Part shown: positions 9,787 through 20,698 of the stretch, piece by piece | Layout: the number at the start of each line of letters is the position of its first letter | Position numbering within the stretch: position 1 is the stretch's first letter | Origin: Escherichia phage vB_EcoS_VAH1 | Direction: 5' to 3' (one strand) | Length of the DNA stretch: 64,000 bases | Sequence record: MK373792.1 | The notes under the pieces: generated by a model | What the model was told of the DNA's origin: nothing | Seen by the model: only the letters and a program-made list of their open reading frames with translations | Database searches by the model: none | Position numbers and translations under genes: made by a program

Positions 9787-10263
9787 ATGATTACACAAGA
9801 GCGATTAAAAGAGCTGTTAGATTATAATCCTGAGACTGGAGTATTTACCTGGAAAGTATCTCGTGGTAGAGTTTCAAAAGGATCTGTAGCTGGAACAGCA
9901 GTATCAGTAGGGAATAGGTACACCCGCTGGGAGATTCGAGTTGAAGGAAAAAGATATAAGGCGCATCAGTTAGCATTTCTATACGTTCATGGTTATATTC
10001 CACCTGAGATTGATCATGAAGATAGGAATCCATTGAATAATGCAATACTTAACCTAATAGACTCTTCAAAGTCTCGTAATCAATTAAATAAGAATAAAAA
10101 CTTCGGTAAAGAAACACCAAAAGGAGTCTTTGTAAAAGCCTCTACTGGAAGATACTTCGTACAGATTCAAGGAAAGCACTACGGCTACTTTGATGACGTA
10201 GAACAGGCCAGAACTGTTGCTAATGAGGTATATGATAGGTTGTTAAATGAGAATACTGTTTAG
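9787..10263 (+). CDS. HNH homing endonuclease (MITQERLKEL family)
   Basis: N-terminus MITQERLKELLDYNPETGVFTWKVSRG; HNH motif YKAHQLAFLYVHGYIPPEIDHEDRNPLNN. Confidence 0.8.
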   Translation: MITQERLKELLDYNPETGVFTWKVSRGRVSKGSVAGTAVSVGNRYTRWEIRVEGKRYKAHQLAFLYVHGYIPPEIDHEDRNPLNNAILNLIDSSKSRNQLNKNKNFGKETPKGVFVKASTGRYFVQIQGKHYGYFDDVEQARTVANEVYDRLLNENTV

Positions 10264-11224
10264 TGCTGATCACCATATCAAGCTAGGGCAGGATAAGGTA
10301 CCTAAAGAGTTTCAGAAGCGTCGCTTCCTGATGCTAGGAGAACGGTTAAATGATATATTCCATAATCATAACTGTGATCTTCATATTGCTGGTGGTGATA
10401 TACTTGATGTTGCCGACCCGTCGTCAGAAGAAATAGAACTGCTTGAACAGTTCATGTCAAGACTTGACCATCCAGGCAAAATCTTTACTGGAAATCATGA
10501 AATGTTAACTAAAACCATTTCATGTCTATACCATTATGCGGGAGTTATTAATAAAGTAACTAGTGGGAAGTGGGAAGTAATTACCAAACCATATCGTTCC
10601 CCTGAATTTGATATTGTTCCGTATGATGAGATTCATAAACCCAAGTGGAAACCTGCTGAATCAAAACTATGTTTCACGCATGTTCGTGGTGAAATCCCTC
10701 CACATGTAAAACCAGAAATTGATCTAACTAAGTACAACTGTTATGATACTGTAATTGCTGGCGATTTACATTCTTATACTAATAGCCAGACTATCGGGTC
10801 TACTAGACTCCTTTACCCAGGGTCTCCATTAACTACATCGTTCCATAGAGAACGCACAAAAGGTACAAATGGTTGCTTTATCATTGATACCGACACATTA
10901 AAAGTAGAATGGATTGAACTAGGTGATTTACCACAACTGATTCGTAAAACAATCGGAGCTGGGGAAGAGATGGAACCTAGTGATTATGATCGTGTAGTCT
11001 ACGAAGTTACTGGTGACGTTGTTCAATTAAAGTCTATCAAAGACTCTGATTTATTAGATAAGAAGATTAACCATCGAGTTACTAAAGATGCTAAGTTAAA
11101 TCTTGTTGATCTTGATATGTTGGGCGAACTTGAACTTTACTTCCGTGAAGTCGAGAAGCTATCTCAAGGCGACATTGATAGAATCTTGGCTAGAGCTGCG
11201 AAATATGTCAAAGATTACAATTAA
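10247..11224 (+). CDS. SbcD/Mre11-like recombination nuclease (metallophosphoesterase)
   Basis: Phosphoesterase motifs SADHH, GGDILD, GNHE, GDLH. Confidence 0.85.
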   Translation: MRILFSADHHIKLGQDKVPKEFQKRRFLMLGERLNDIFHNHNCDLHIAGGDILDVADPSSEEIELLEQFMSRLDHPGKIFTGNHEMLTKTISCLYHYAGVINKVTSGKWEVITKPYRSPEFDIVPYDEIHKPKWKPAESKLCFTHVRGEIPPHVKPEIDLTKYNCYDTVIAGDLHSYTNSQTIGSTRLLYPGSPLTTSFHRERTKGTNGCFIIDTDTLKVEWIELGDLPQLIRKTIGAGEEMEPSDYDRVVYEVTGDVVQLKSIKDSDLLDKKINHRVTKDAKLNLVDLDMLGELELYFREVEKLSQGDIDRILARAAKYVKDYN

Positions 11225-13043
11225 GACACTAAAATTTAGTAACGTTATGTCTTACGGTAAGGACATCGTAATTCATTTCGATAAGAATCCAGTTACTCAA
11301 CTAATTGGTGGCAATGGGCTAGGGAAATCCACCATCGCTACTGTTATCGAGGAATTGTTTTATAACAAGAACTCACGTGGTATTAAGAAGGATGCTCTAT
11401 TCTCTTGGAATGCCCCTAAGAAAGAATATGATATGCACGCTTATTTCTCGAAAGATGATGATGAGTATGAGCTGCATAAAGTAGTTAAATCAACTGCTAA
11501 AGTAACGTTGATTAAGAATGGGGAAGATATTAGTGGACATACGGCAACCCAAACATATAAAATGATTGAAGAGATTATGGGCGGTGACTTTCAAACGTTC
11601 ACCAAACTGATTTATCAATCAGTGGGTTCCAACCTAGATTTTCTAAAAGCAACAGATGCAACACGTAAGGCTTTTCTTGTCAACTTGTTTAATCAAGAAC
11701 AATACAAAGAAATGTCGGAAACTATTAAGGCTGACCGTAAAGAAATAGCAAATACCTTAAATAATTTGCAGGGCCAAATGGCTGTAATTACGAAAATCCT
11801 TAATGGAAAAAATAATCTAGGAACTTTGCAGGAACCTATAGAAGTACCGGAGTTTGATGAAGAGCCATTAGCACAAGAACTTACTGAATCGAAAATTAAG
11901 GCGGCATTAGCCAAGTCTCAAGAGGCTAATATTACTAAGTTGCGTAATTTGGACAAAGCTGTACAAGTTGCCGAACAATCTTTCGAACCTTTCAAAAATT
12001 TGCCCGCGCCCACCGACCAAAGTGAAGAGATCTCGAGTGTTACGCGTGACCTAACGATTGTGACCTCACGTGCGAGCGAAGTTAAGAAACGTTATCAGAA
12101 GTTCAAGCAAGAGGCTTCAAATACTGAATGCCCTACTTGTGGCACTCATCTGGATACAACTGCTGCTCAAAAAGCAATGGATATGGCTAGAATAGAATAT
12201 GATCCTCTGTTCAAAGAGAAGCAATCTCTTGAAGCTAAGCTAGAACAGTTGAAGAAAGAACAACTTGAGTACGTTGCGTATACTAGAGCAAAGGATGCTC
12301 TTGATAAAGCGGTGGTAGCTAGAGACGAGTTCAAAAATTCAATGAGTGATGCTTCTTTTGAAGAACTCAATGTGCAAATCCTACAGGTGCAAATACGACA
12401 ATTAGAACAGGCAATCGCTGATGGACGTTCTAAGGTTGCAATTGCCAAAGAGCATAATGCAAATGTCGAATTAGCCAATGCAAAATATAAAGCAAAGCTA
12501 GAACAGATTGAGAAAGCTGAAGCAGAAATGTCTGAGATTACTTCCAAACTGAATGGAGTATCTGAAGCTGTTGCTGATCTCGATATTCTGATTGCTGCAT
12601 TGAAAAATCTGGTGGGATATAAGCTAGAACATAGTGTGAAAGTATTTGAAGAACTAATTAATAAATACCTTTCCATTATGACTGGTGGTAAATTCGCACT
12701 TGGATTCGAACTTGATGAAACGAAGTTACAAGTAGTAATCTTCAATGATGGAAACCGTACCAGTATGGAGAACTGCTCTACTGGTCAGCAAAGTCGAATT
12801 AATCTAGCAACCCTGTTAGCTATTCGAATGCTGTTAACATCTATTAGTAAAGTTAATATTAATCTTCTATTCCTTGATGAAGTAATTAGCTTTATTGATA
12901 CGAAAGGACTTGATACTCTCGTTGAATTATTAAATGAGGAAGAAAGTCTAAATTCTATCATTGTTTCTCATGGGCATACGCATCCATTAGCTCATAAGAT
13001 TACTGTCAAAAAAGATGCAGAAGGATTTTCCTACTTAGAATAA
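11205..13043 (+). CDS. SbcC/Rad50-like ATPase
   Basis: Walker A GGNGLGKST; long coiled coil with CPTCG zinc-hook-like motif; signature CSTGQQSRINLATLLA; Walker B LLFLDEV. Start set at ATG 11205, overlapping the sbcD-like stop. Confidence 0.85.
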   Translation: MSKITIKTLKFSNVMSYGKDIVIHFDKNPVTQLIGGNGLGKSTIATVIEELFYNKNSRGIKKDALFSWNAPKKEYDMHAYFSKDDDEYELHKVVKSTAKVTLIKNGEDISGHTATQTYKMIEEIMGGDFQTFTKLIYQSVGSNLDFLKATDATRKAFLVNLFNQEQYKEMSETIKADRKEIANTLNNLQGQMAVITKILNGKNNLGTLQEPIEVPEFDEEPLAQELTESKIKAALAKSQEANITKLRNLDKAVQVAEQSFEPFKNLPAPTDQSEEISSVTRDLTIVTSRASEVKKRYQKFKQEASNTECPTCGTHLDTTAAQKAMDMARIEYDPLFKEKQSLEAKLEQLKKEQLEYVAYTRAKDALDKAVVARDEFKNSMSDASFEELNVQILQVQIRQLEQAIADGRSKVAIAKEHNANVELANAKYKAKLEQIEKAEAEMSEITSKLNGVSEAVADLDILIAALKNLVGYKLEHSVKVFEELINKYLSIMTGGKFALGFELDETKLQVVIFNDGNRTSMENCSTGQQSRINLATLLAIRMLLTSISKVNINLLFLDEVISFIDTKGLDTLVELLNEEESLNSIIVSHGHTHPLAHKITVKKDAEGFSYLE

Positions 13044-13046
13044 AAC

Positions 13047-13529
13047 ATGGCTGTAGATAGTAGAGAGAAAGGTAAACGTGGTGAATATCAGGTAAGAGAT
13101 ATTCTACGTGAGCGTACAGGTCTTGAGTGGGAACGTGTTCCTGGCTCTGGTGCTTTTGGCCAGAGCCACGGACTGAAGGGTGACATCTACCTTCCACCAC
13201 AAAGCGGGCACATTAGTAAATACTGCTTCGAAGTTAAGTGGTATAAAGATGATAATATATCAAGTAATTTATTTAATGTTGGTGAATCCACTCTAGAGAA
13301 GTGGTGGCAGCAGTGCTCACGTGAAGGTGAGCAGATGAACTCCAAACCTGCATTAATATTCAAAAAAGACAGAGGACAGTGGTTAATAGCTTTGGATAGC
13401 TCAGACCCGATGGTTGACAACTTAATGAGTCGTACCCATATGGTGTTAAATAAGAAAGACATGGAAATCGTAATTGGTTTATTTGAGCCGTGGCTACATA
13501 ATGCATCTGTTGAGGACTTAATTAAATAA
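13047..13529 (+). CDS. putative PD-(D/E)XK nuclease-fold protein
   Basis: GDIYL...FEVKWYK resembles a restriction-endonuclease-like D...E.K motif; lies between the SbcC-like and flap endonuclease genes. Confidence 0.45.
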   Translation: MAVDSREKGKRGEYQVRDILRERTGLEWERVPGSGAFGQSHGLKGDIYLPPQSGHISKYCFEVKWYKDDNISSNLFNVGESTLEKWWQQCSREGEQMNSKPALIFKKDRGQWLIALDSSDPMVDNLMSRTHMVLNKKDMEIVIGLFEPWLHNASVEDLIK

Positions 13530-14404
13530 TGAGTAAATCCTGGGGAAAATTTATTGAAGAAGAGGAAGCTGAAATGGCTTCTCGTCGTAACCTAATGATT
13601 GTCGATGGAACTAACTTAGGCTTTCGCTTCAAACATAACAATAGTAAAAAACCATTTGCCTCAAGTTATGTTTCCACTATTCAGTCTCTAGCAAAATCTT
13701 ATTCTGCTAGAACTACAATAGTTTTAGGGGATAAAGGGAAGTCTGCATTCCGCTTAGAGCATCTCCCTGAGTATAAAGGGAATCGAGATGAGAAATACTC
13801 GCAGCGTACGGAAGAGGAGAAAGCGCTAGATGAGCAGTTCTTCGAGTATTTGAAAGATGCTTTCGAGCTGTGCGAAACCACATTCCCAACATTCACTATT
13901 CGTGGTGTAGAAGCAGATGATATGGCAGCTTATATTGTTAAGCTCATTGGTCATCTTTATGATCACGTTTGGTTGATCTCTACTGATGGTGACTGGGATA
14001 CTTTATTAACAGATAAAGTTTCTCGTTTCTCTTTCACAACACGTCGTGAATACCATCTTCGTGATATGTATGAGCATCATAATGTTGACGATGTAGAGCA
14101 GTTTATCTCTCTAAAAGCAATTATGGGTGATTTAGGGGATAATATCCGTGGTGTTGAAGGTATTGGGGCAAAACGCGGGTATAACATTATTCGTGAATTC
14201 GGTAACGTTCTGGATATTATTGATCAGCTTCCACTGCCTGGAAAACAGAAATATATACAGAATTTAAATGCTTCGGAAGAATTGCTTTACCGAAACCTAA
14301 TTCTGGTTGATTTACCTACCTACTGTGTGGATGCTATTGCTGCTGTAGGTCAAGACGTATTAGATAAGTTTACAAAAGATATTTTGGAGATTGCAGAACA
14401 ATGA
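13529..14404 (+). CDS. flap endonuclease / 5'-3' exonuclease (T5 D15-like)
   Basis: N-terminal LMIVDGTNLGFRF and a helix-hairpin-helix region GIGAKRG typical of FEN/5' nuclease family. Confidence 0.9.
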   Translation: MSKSWGKFIEEEEAEMASRRNLMIVDGTNLGFRFKHNNSKKPFASSYVSTIQSLAKSYSARTTIVLGDKGKSAFRLEHLPEYKGNRDEKYSQRTEEEKALDEQFFEYLKDAFELCETTFPTFTIRGVEADDMAAYIVKLIGHLYDHVWLISTDGDWDTLLTDKVSRFSFTTRREYHLRDMYEHHNVDDVEQFISLKAIMGDLGDNIRGVEGIGAKRGYNIIREFGNVLDIIDQLPLPGKQKYIQNLNASEELLYRNLILVDLPTYCVDAIAAVGQDVLDKFTKDILEIAEQ

Positions 14405-14847
14405 TTAAAATTAAGTTAACTCATCCAGATTGTATGCCTAAGATTGGCTCTGAAGATGCCGCAGGTATGGATCTGCGAGCATTTTTTGGTACTAATCCTG
14501 CAGCGGATTTACGTGCTATTGCACCAGGCAAATCCCTAATGATTGACACCGGTGTCGCGGTAGAAATTCCACGAGGTTGGTTCGGTTTGGTGGTTCCGCG
14601 TAGTTCTTTAGGTAAGCGCCATCTGATGATTGCAAATACCGCAGGAGTGATCGACTCAGACTATCGTGGGACTATTAAGATGAACCTCTATAACTACGGT
14701 TCTGAAATTCAAACTCTGGAGAATTTTGAAAGACTTTGTCAGCTAGTAGTAGTACCACACTATTCAACTCATAATTTTGAAATCGTTGACGAACTAGAGG
14801 AGACTATTCGTGGAGAAGGTGGATTTGGAAGCTCAGGAAGCAAGTAA
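14401..14847 (+). CDS. dUTPase
   Basis: dUTPase motifs AAGMDLRA, VIDSDYRG and C-terminal GEGGFGSSG. Confidence 0.85.
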   Translation: MIKIKLTHPDCMPKIGSEDAAGMDLRAFFGTNPAADLRAIAPGKSLMIDTGVAVEIPRGWFGLVVPRSSLGKRHLMIANTAGVIDSDYRGTIKMNLYNYGSEIQTLENFERLCQLVVVPHYSTHNFEIVDELEETIRGEGGFGSSGSK

Positions 14848-15073
14848 TTTTGTTGATCCTAATATGGTAGGTATTGATACTAATATGTCAACTTATCAGA
14901 CTAAAACTACAGAACCAGAAACATTTGTGCTAAAAACAGACAAAGAAGGTAATGTTACTTTCTGGGATCCTGAAGGTTTTGTAGAACTTTGTACTAATAC
15001 AGATAATGAGCAGTTAAAATTACTACTAACTATTTATAATCTTGGTATTATAGAAGGTTGTAGAAAAGAATAA
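14810..15073 (+). CDS. hypothetical small protein
   Basis: ORF overlapping the dUTPase end; stops just before the bidirectional terminator. Confidence 0.35.
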   Translation: MEKVDLEAQEASNFVDPNMVGIDTNMSTYQTKTTEPETFVLKTDKEGNVTFWDPEGFVELCTNTDNEQLKLLLTIYNLGIIEGCRKE

Positions 15074-15075
15074 CA

Positions 15076-15116
15076 GAAAAAACCCCAGTGGATTTTGTCC
15101 ACTGGGGTTTCTTTTT
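15076..15116. terminator. bidirectional Rho-independent terminator between convergent early and late transcription units
   Basis: A-run, CCCCAGTGGA-TTTTG-TCCACTGGGG hairpin, T-run. Confidence 0.7.
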
Positions 15117-15117
15117 A

Positions 15118-18100
15118 CTATACCTTATTTGCTAGTAGAGAATTAACTACTAGGGTTAGGTCTGCAATTTGCTTTTTAAGATCAGATACTTCTGATTCTA
15201 GGGCTGAGATCCTGCTATCAGATTCTCTGCCTGCCTGTACTAATAGACCTGTTATAGCCGCATAGTCAACAGAATAGAAACGTTCCTCACCAACTAGTTG
15301 CTCACCAGTAAGTGTAGGCCCTTCAAGATCTGTATATTTTGTAAACCCACTTACAGCTTCAGGTAGAGCTTCCATTACTTCCTGAGCTATAACACCAGCG
15401 TAAGGTAGCCCATTTTCCTTAAGGGTATAAGTATAGCCTTTCATTTTACGCAATGATTCAGTGGCGTTTTGGATTTCCTCAATATTATCCTTCAGATCTC
15501 TATCGGATGACTGGGTAATGTTTGTTGCTTCAACTTTTCCATTAACATTAAAAACACGGGATCCATCAGAGCTTTGCTGAGCATAAAACAAATAACCATC
15601 TGATAGCTTACATTCAACAACAGAGGGCCTCCCAGTAGTATTACCCCATAGCAAGATAGTAGCACTTTTTGCGGCTGTCTGATTATTTTCGTAACTAAAC
15701 GTCCTACCATTACCCCGCCGTACAACCACTGCAGATCCATCAGCAAATATACCCCCATTATAATTAGGAGTTCTTAATGTGATATTATCGCTTACAGTTA
15801 GAGTACTGCTATTCATATCGTTATGTATGATAACATCCTTAGCAGCCCCACCTTTCCCCACATACCACAGTCTACCAGAATCTGTTCTACATGCTAAATA
15901 GCCAACTTGAGACGTATCGGTTCCGGTAAGTCTTATCGATAAGGCCTCACCAGCTTTAGTTATCGAAACAGGCACACCAAAATCAGCAAATTTATCTGTA
16001 ATTAATCTGTTCCATGCCCCAATAGTACCACCATCAATACTTCTAGCCCAGAATTTAGATCCACGACCTGCAAACTGGGTAGCATAATTACCGCTAAACC
16101 CTACATGGATACCACCATATACAACATTGTTTTCCGGAGTATTAACTTGACCAGCAATACCATAAAACTTATTGACAGTGTTATGTTGTGTATTCCAGTC
16201 TACACCAGTAGAAGATAGAATACCAGAAGGAGCTGAAAAAGTTCCTTCTTTATTGAAGTTAAAGAATTGATGGTTAATTCCTGCTGGATCTCTAACAATA
16301 ACCTGACCAGCATTTTCACTAGCTCTAAACTCTGCACCATATATTGTATCTCCCACTCTATACCTAGAATAGAAGGTGGCATTAGATACAGATATACCAT
16401 CAGCAATAACACCATTACCAGCCGCTATAGTACCACTAAAAGTAATCTTAGGAGCATATAAAGACAGTTCGTCCCCGACGTTCATACCGTTAGAAAGAAC
16501 TATACGCTCACCATTTCCTATGTAATAGTTCCCTTCCGTTGTTGCTTGATAGAAACCTATACGGTTTAAAGAAAAATCAAACATAGTAAGAACATCAGTT
16601 GAATCTGTTGCAGGATTAGCGGTCCCCCATGCGTAAGTTGTATTTTTATACGTAAAGTTTGACGTTGGTACAGTTACTTCACAGAATGCAGGAACACGTA
16701 GCTGAACAGGAAAACCACGGGCCTCAATATAAATTGCAACATATCTTTCAGCATCTTTGGAAGAAGAAAGAATACATTTCATTGCAATCTCACTTCTCGC
16801 ATAGTTATTGAAGTACCCGTACCCACCATCTTTACGATCACTCCAGCCCCCGCACCTAATAAAGCCATTGAAGCTACAACAGTTCATAGGGTCATTGCCA
16901 GTAGAGGATCGTGTTTTTATATCAATAAAAGCACCAGAGGCATATAGTGAACGGTAAGCAAGATCAATAATGACAGGATAATACTTTCCATCTTCAACAC
17001 CAGCAGGTGCATTAAGTGTTACCCATTCACCACCACCTATAGAGGGTATCTGGAGGTTATTTTTTGCTTCTGATATAGAGCGGCCACCGGTACCTCCTTG
17101 TCCTACTGCAAGAGGTATATATGATCTATTCTCTATATCATAAGCTCCCCAAAGTTTACCACTAGTAATAATGATTTTAGCATTATTACCTGGGTTTAAC
17201 AGTTGGGTCTCAGAGCTAAGCTGTACAAGCCTATTTACATCATCTATTCTAGCATTTTTTGTCCATAAAGGGCCGCTTTCTGGTCTCCAACGATATGAGT
17301 ATATTGCTTTAGTGGACGAGCCTACAAATAAGCCTGCAAATGAAGGTACACCATCAGTACCTGAAATAAATCCTGTAAGAACTGTTTCACCTACTGCTAT
17401 ACTAGGAAAACCTGTAGCCGTTTCATATATTCTTAGAAACCCCAGGAAATTGGAGGGATTACCAGAAATATCTGGACAATCCCTTGGGGAATCCCCAAGA
17501 CCGATAGAAGCTTTCATACCAGAAGCTACATTTTCAGCTTTAGTAGCAGATGCCGCCGCATTAGTTTCTGATGTTTTAGCATTGGTTTCTGATGCTTTAG
17601 CAGCATTAGCACTGTTAGCAGCAGCATTTTTACTATTATTAGCATTAGTTTCTGAAGTTTTAGCCGCAGCAGCCGAAGCACTGGCATTAGTTTCTGATGT
17701 TTTAGCTGCTGAAGCAGAAGCAGCCGCAGCAGTTTTGCTACTATTAGCATTGGTTTCTGAGGTTTTAGCTGCGGTTTCACTAGCCTTTGCTTTAGTTTCT
17801 GAAGTTTTAGCAGCAGTTTCACTAGCTTTTGCATTAGTTTCAGAAGTTTTTGCAGCTTTAGCGCTATTAGCAGAAGCAGTAGCAGAAGAAGCAGACTGAG
17901 TTGCAGACTGCTGAGAAGATGCCGCAGAAATTTCTGCTTCATTTTCAGAATCTTTGGCATTTAGCTCCGACTGTTTTGCATTAATTTCAGATTGCTTAGC
18001 TGCTGCAGCAGATGCTTTAGAAGACTCTATAGCAGAGACTAGCTCTCCTGCTGTAATAGAGCTGATTGTACTTCCCAGAACTATAGTATATTTAGGATAT

Positions 18101-18168
18101 TTACTTGCAGTTATACTATTCTGGTCCATAGTGACCATTTGCTGTAAAATTATTTTAGTTATAGCCAT
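15118..18168 (-). CDS. L-shaped tail fibre protein with C-terminal intramolecular chaperone (peptidase S74-like)
   Basis: 1016 aa; N-terminal low-complexity A/S/T/E/K repeats; C-terminal ...GYTYTLKENG...SDLKKQIADL resembles the auto-cleaving chaperone of phage fibres. Confidence 0.8.
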   Translation of the reverse strand: MAITKIILQQMVTMDQNSITASKYPKYTIVLGSTISSITAGELVSAIESSKASAAAAKQSEINAKQSELNAKDSENEAEISAASSQQSATQSASSATASANSAKAAKTSETNAKASETAAKTSETKAKASETAAKTSETNANSSKTAAAASASAAKTSETNASASAAAAKTSETNANNSKNAAANSANAAKASETNAKTSETNAAASATKAENVASGMKASIGLGDSPRDCPDISGNPSNFLGFLRIYETATGFPSIAVGETVLTGFISGTDGVPSFAGLFVGSSTKAIYSYRWRPESGPLWTKNARIDDVNRLVQLSSETQLLNPGNNAKIIITSGKLWGAYDIENRSYIPLAVGQGGTGGRSISEAKNNLQIPSIGGGEWVTLNAPAGVEDGKYYPVIIDLAYRSLYASGAFIDIKTRSSTGNDPMNCCSFNGFIRCGGWSDRKDGGYGYFNNYARSEIAMKCILSSSKDAERYVAIYIEARGFPVQLRVPAFCEVTVPTSNFTYKNTTYAWGTANPATDSTDVLTMFDFSLNRIGFYQATTEGNYYIGNGERIVLSNGMNVGDELSLYAPKITFSGTIAAGNGVIADGISVSNATFYSRYRVGDTIYGAEFRASENAGQVIVRDPAGINHQFFNFNKEGTFSAPSGILSSTGVDWNTQHNTVNKFYGIAGQVNTPENNVVYGGIHVGFSGNYATQFAGRGSKFWARSIDGGTIGAWNRLITDKFADFGVPVSITKAGEALSIRLTGTDTSQVGYLACRTDSGRLWYVGKGGAAKDVIIHNDMNSSTLTVSDNITLRTPNYNGGIFADGSAVVVRRGNGRTFSYENNQTAAKSATILLWGNTTGRPSVVECKLSDGYLFYAQQSSDGSRVFNVNGKVEATNITQSSDRDLKDNIEEIQNATESLRKMKGYTYTLKENGLPYAGVIAQEVMEALPEAVSGFTKYTDLEGPTLTGEQLVGEERFYSVDYAAITGLLVQAGRESDSRISALESEVSDLKKQIADLTLVVNSLLANKV
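17500..17930 (-). repeat. in-frame tandem nonapeptide-encoding repeats (AAKTSETNA-like) inside the tail fibre gene
   Basis: About 10 imperfect 27-bp units visible on the plus strand as GCATTAGTTTCTGATGTTTTAGC-like repeats. Confidence 0.6.
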
Positions 18169-18590
18169 TATTGAGTTACTCCATCACTAATATAAACTTT
18201 GCCTTCCATAATACGGAAAGAACTAGCAGCACTACCAACAGCTGTTCTAGTAATAATTACATCATAGTATCCAGCTAATCTCTGTCTAGGATTATATCTA
18301 TCCCTTTCTTTAGATGCTTTGGAAGCAATAGTTGTTACGGCACTAACAGGTAGACTTATAGATGCTACACCTTGTGTAGCATCTACAATAGATGTAGTAA
18401 AAGATGCTAAAGTTTCAGCTCCATCTTCTAAACTACTTTTAATACTTCCTCTAAGAGAGAAGCCAGTAAGATCTACTGGCTTAGATGTAGCAGGATAAAC
18501 ACTATCATCTACATCCATAAATTGCATAAGTAAACCATAAGGTACGTTTTCGTCTACTACTAAATCAATAACTCTATTTTCTGTACTCAT
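18168..18590 (-). CDS. tail collar-like protein
   Basis: 140-aa ORF between the fibre and baseplate genes; assignment by position only. Confidence 0.45.
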   Translation of the reverse strand: MSTENRVIDLVVDENVPYGLLMQFMDVDDSVYPATSKPVDLTGFSLRGSIKSSLEDGAETLASFTTSIVDATQGVASISLPVSAVTTIASKASKERDRYNPRQRLAGYYDVIITRTAVGSAASSFRIMEGKVYISDGVTQ

Positions 18591-18595
18591 TATTT

Positions 18596-20698
18596 TTACC
18601 TTATATGGATATACCCGTTTTGCAGGTCTATCTTCATTTTGTAAGATCCCTCTGGATTAGAGGATAGTGCTGCTGCACGATCATATATAATATTTACACC
18701 AATTTGTGATAAGAAAGCATTATTAGCAACAATTTTACTAGCAGTTACCGTACCATTAACTATCATATCACCATGTAAAACCATTGCAGGGCTAGCCCAT
18801 GCTGAACCATTCCACTGCCTAGTAAACGCTGTTCCTGGTGCTCCACTTTTATACTCGGTTAATACATCATATTTAACAGGGCCAGTACCAAAGTTAGATG
18901 TAAAGAATGAATTAGCTTGTGAATCATTCCATGCTGTTAAATTAGCGATAGCAAGAGAATACATTCCAGGACCACGTTGTCCTGTATCTCCTGGCCTGCC
19001 ATCGGCACCTGGTTTACCGTCTGCTCCAGGCCTACCATCAACACCTTCTGTACCGCTCCATTGAACCACGTCTGACCAACTAGTTCCAGATACTAACTGA
19101 TTAGTAACAGGGTCTAAAGTACCTGTAGAACAGTAAATATTTTGAGTATTAGATGTTCTATTGGGTGGAGTCTTTGACCAACCTGAAGGTGGGTATGCAG
19201 GGCTTGTAGGTTTAGCAGGTAGTGAGGTTCCTAGAATATAGATAAATACTGTTTGCTTGCCCTGTATACCTGTCTGTATATCAATATCACCATTTGGTGT
19301 ACCAATTACAACCCCGCTAGAAATCCTTAATGTATCTCCATCATAACGTATATACTGAGTAGCATTACCAATATCTAGTTTTGGTTTAGCAGTAGCATTA
19401 TCCATGCCCATCCAGATACCAGATTTTGTATCGCCCCAAGTTTTACCCTGAGTATAGATTGCTGGGTTATCTTGACCGGTTAAATTAGTCATGACAAAGT
19501 TAGCAGCGTTAATAGTTTTAGTTATTACACTTCCATCAACGTTAACTATCTTTTTAATAGGGTCGAAAGATATTGGTGCTTTTCCTTCAGCATCTAGAAG
19601 ACCTATATTAATAGCACCGGTGGAGGCATCTATTAGGAAGGTTTGTTTCCAGGTAGATCCATCTTTAATTTTACCCTTAATGTACGCATAATTTACTTCG
19701 ATACCAGTTTCATTAACAAAACTATTGTCTAACGGTGTGCTCTCATTTAATATAAATGTCTGTACTGCGGAATCAGTAACATCTTGAGCGCCTGGTCCCC
19801 AGGCAATAGATGACACTTTAAATTTATGCTCTACTTTCCATGGGAATGATATAATTGTTGCCGACTGAGCAGCCCCCACGTTGATTTTTTGTGCTTTAGT
19901 CCATCCAGTTCTTGCAAACTCTGCCGAATCTATATAAGATAGAACGAACTCACGAACATTAGCACCTGCACCTCTATTCCAATCCCATTGTACACGCAAG
20001 TCATAGCGTTCTTTACCATCTGCAATACGCGCTGCTTTAAATTCAATATTAATAGGTGCAGTAGGGGGAACAAAATTATACTTAACTTCAAAAACAGTGG
20101 GATACTCATAGTATCCAGATGAATCAATAGTAACACCGTCTGGTAGGCTTATTTGACCAGAAATTCTTACTTTATAGAACCCGATTGGCACACCACCAAA
20201 CATAATAGTTGGCATTAGTGCACCAACGTAATATTTAACCCATGGATTATTGGCATTAGAATTATTTTTTAATTCTATAGTGCAATAATCGGCCTCCCCT
20301 GTAGTATCTATATAAACTATTGGTGCTCCAACACCAACATCTACTAGTTCTGACTCGCATCTAGCACCCATGATTTTGGGTGCTGATTTCATTTTAAAGG
20401 TTTGCTTATCAGATAGGTTAATTCCTATCTGTGCATTAAGGAGTTCAGAGTCTATTATGGAATCATAAAATGCACCCTGAACTTCATAAGTTGTTGTAGG
20501 TTTTAGATTATTAATAGTTACAGAGAAAGTATCAACACCCGTGAAGTCTCTACGAGTAATATTACTACCTTCCTTTAGCCAAAAAGATCTGCCTATAACG
20601 TCATAATCTGAGTAAATAGAATGCTGGATATACGCCAACGTATACCCAGTTAAGACGCTATTTAGGACCATTTTAGCTGGTGCATTATTTGAAATCAT
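18596..20698 (-). CDS. baseplate/central fibre protein with short collagen-like segment
   Basis: 700 aa; G-X-Y run [27 protein letters not shown]; position in the tail module. Confidence 0.6.
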   Translation of the reverse strand: MISNNAPAKMVLNSVLTGYTLAYIQHSIYSDYDVIGRSFWLKEGSNITRRDFTGVDTFSVTINNLKPTTTYEVQGAFYDSIIDSELLNAQIGINLSDKQTFKMKSAPKIMGARCESELVDVGVGAPIVYIDTTGEADYCTIELKNNSNANNPWVKYYVGALMPTIMFGGVPIGFYKVRISGQISLPDGVTIDSSGYYEYPTVFEVKYNFVPPTAPINIEFKAARIADGKERYDLRVQWDWNRGAGANVREFVLSYIDSAEFARTGWTKAQKINVGAAQSATIISFPWKVEHKFKVSSIAWGPGAQDVTDSAVQTFILNESTPLDNSFVNETGIEVNYAYIKGKIKDGSTWKQTFLIDASTGAINIGLLDAEGKAPISFDPIKKIVNVDGSVITKTINAANFVMTNLTGQDNPAIYTQGKTWGDTKSGIWMGMDNATAKPKLDIGNATQYIRYDGDTLRISSGVVIGTPNGDIDIQTGIQGKQTVFIYILGTSLPAKPTSPAYPPSGWSKTPPNRTSNTQNIYCSTGTLDPVTNQLVSGTSWSDVVQWSGTEGVDGRPGADGKPGADGRPGDTGQRGPGMYSLAIANLTAWNDSQANSFFTSNFGTGPVKYDVLTEYKSGAPGTAFTRQWNGSAWASPAMVLHGDMIVNGTVTASKIVANNAFLSQIGVNIIYDRAAALSSNPEGSYKMKIDLQNGYIHIR

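Noticed and set aside
17171-17960. ORFs 17171..17899 (+) and 17526..17960 (-) with poly-Ala/Leu/Lys translations
   Set aside because: They lie inside the tail fibre gene's tandem repeat block; the open frames are a by-product of the low-complexity repeats, and the minus-strand fibre frame is the only one with a coherent protein.
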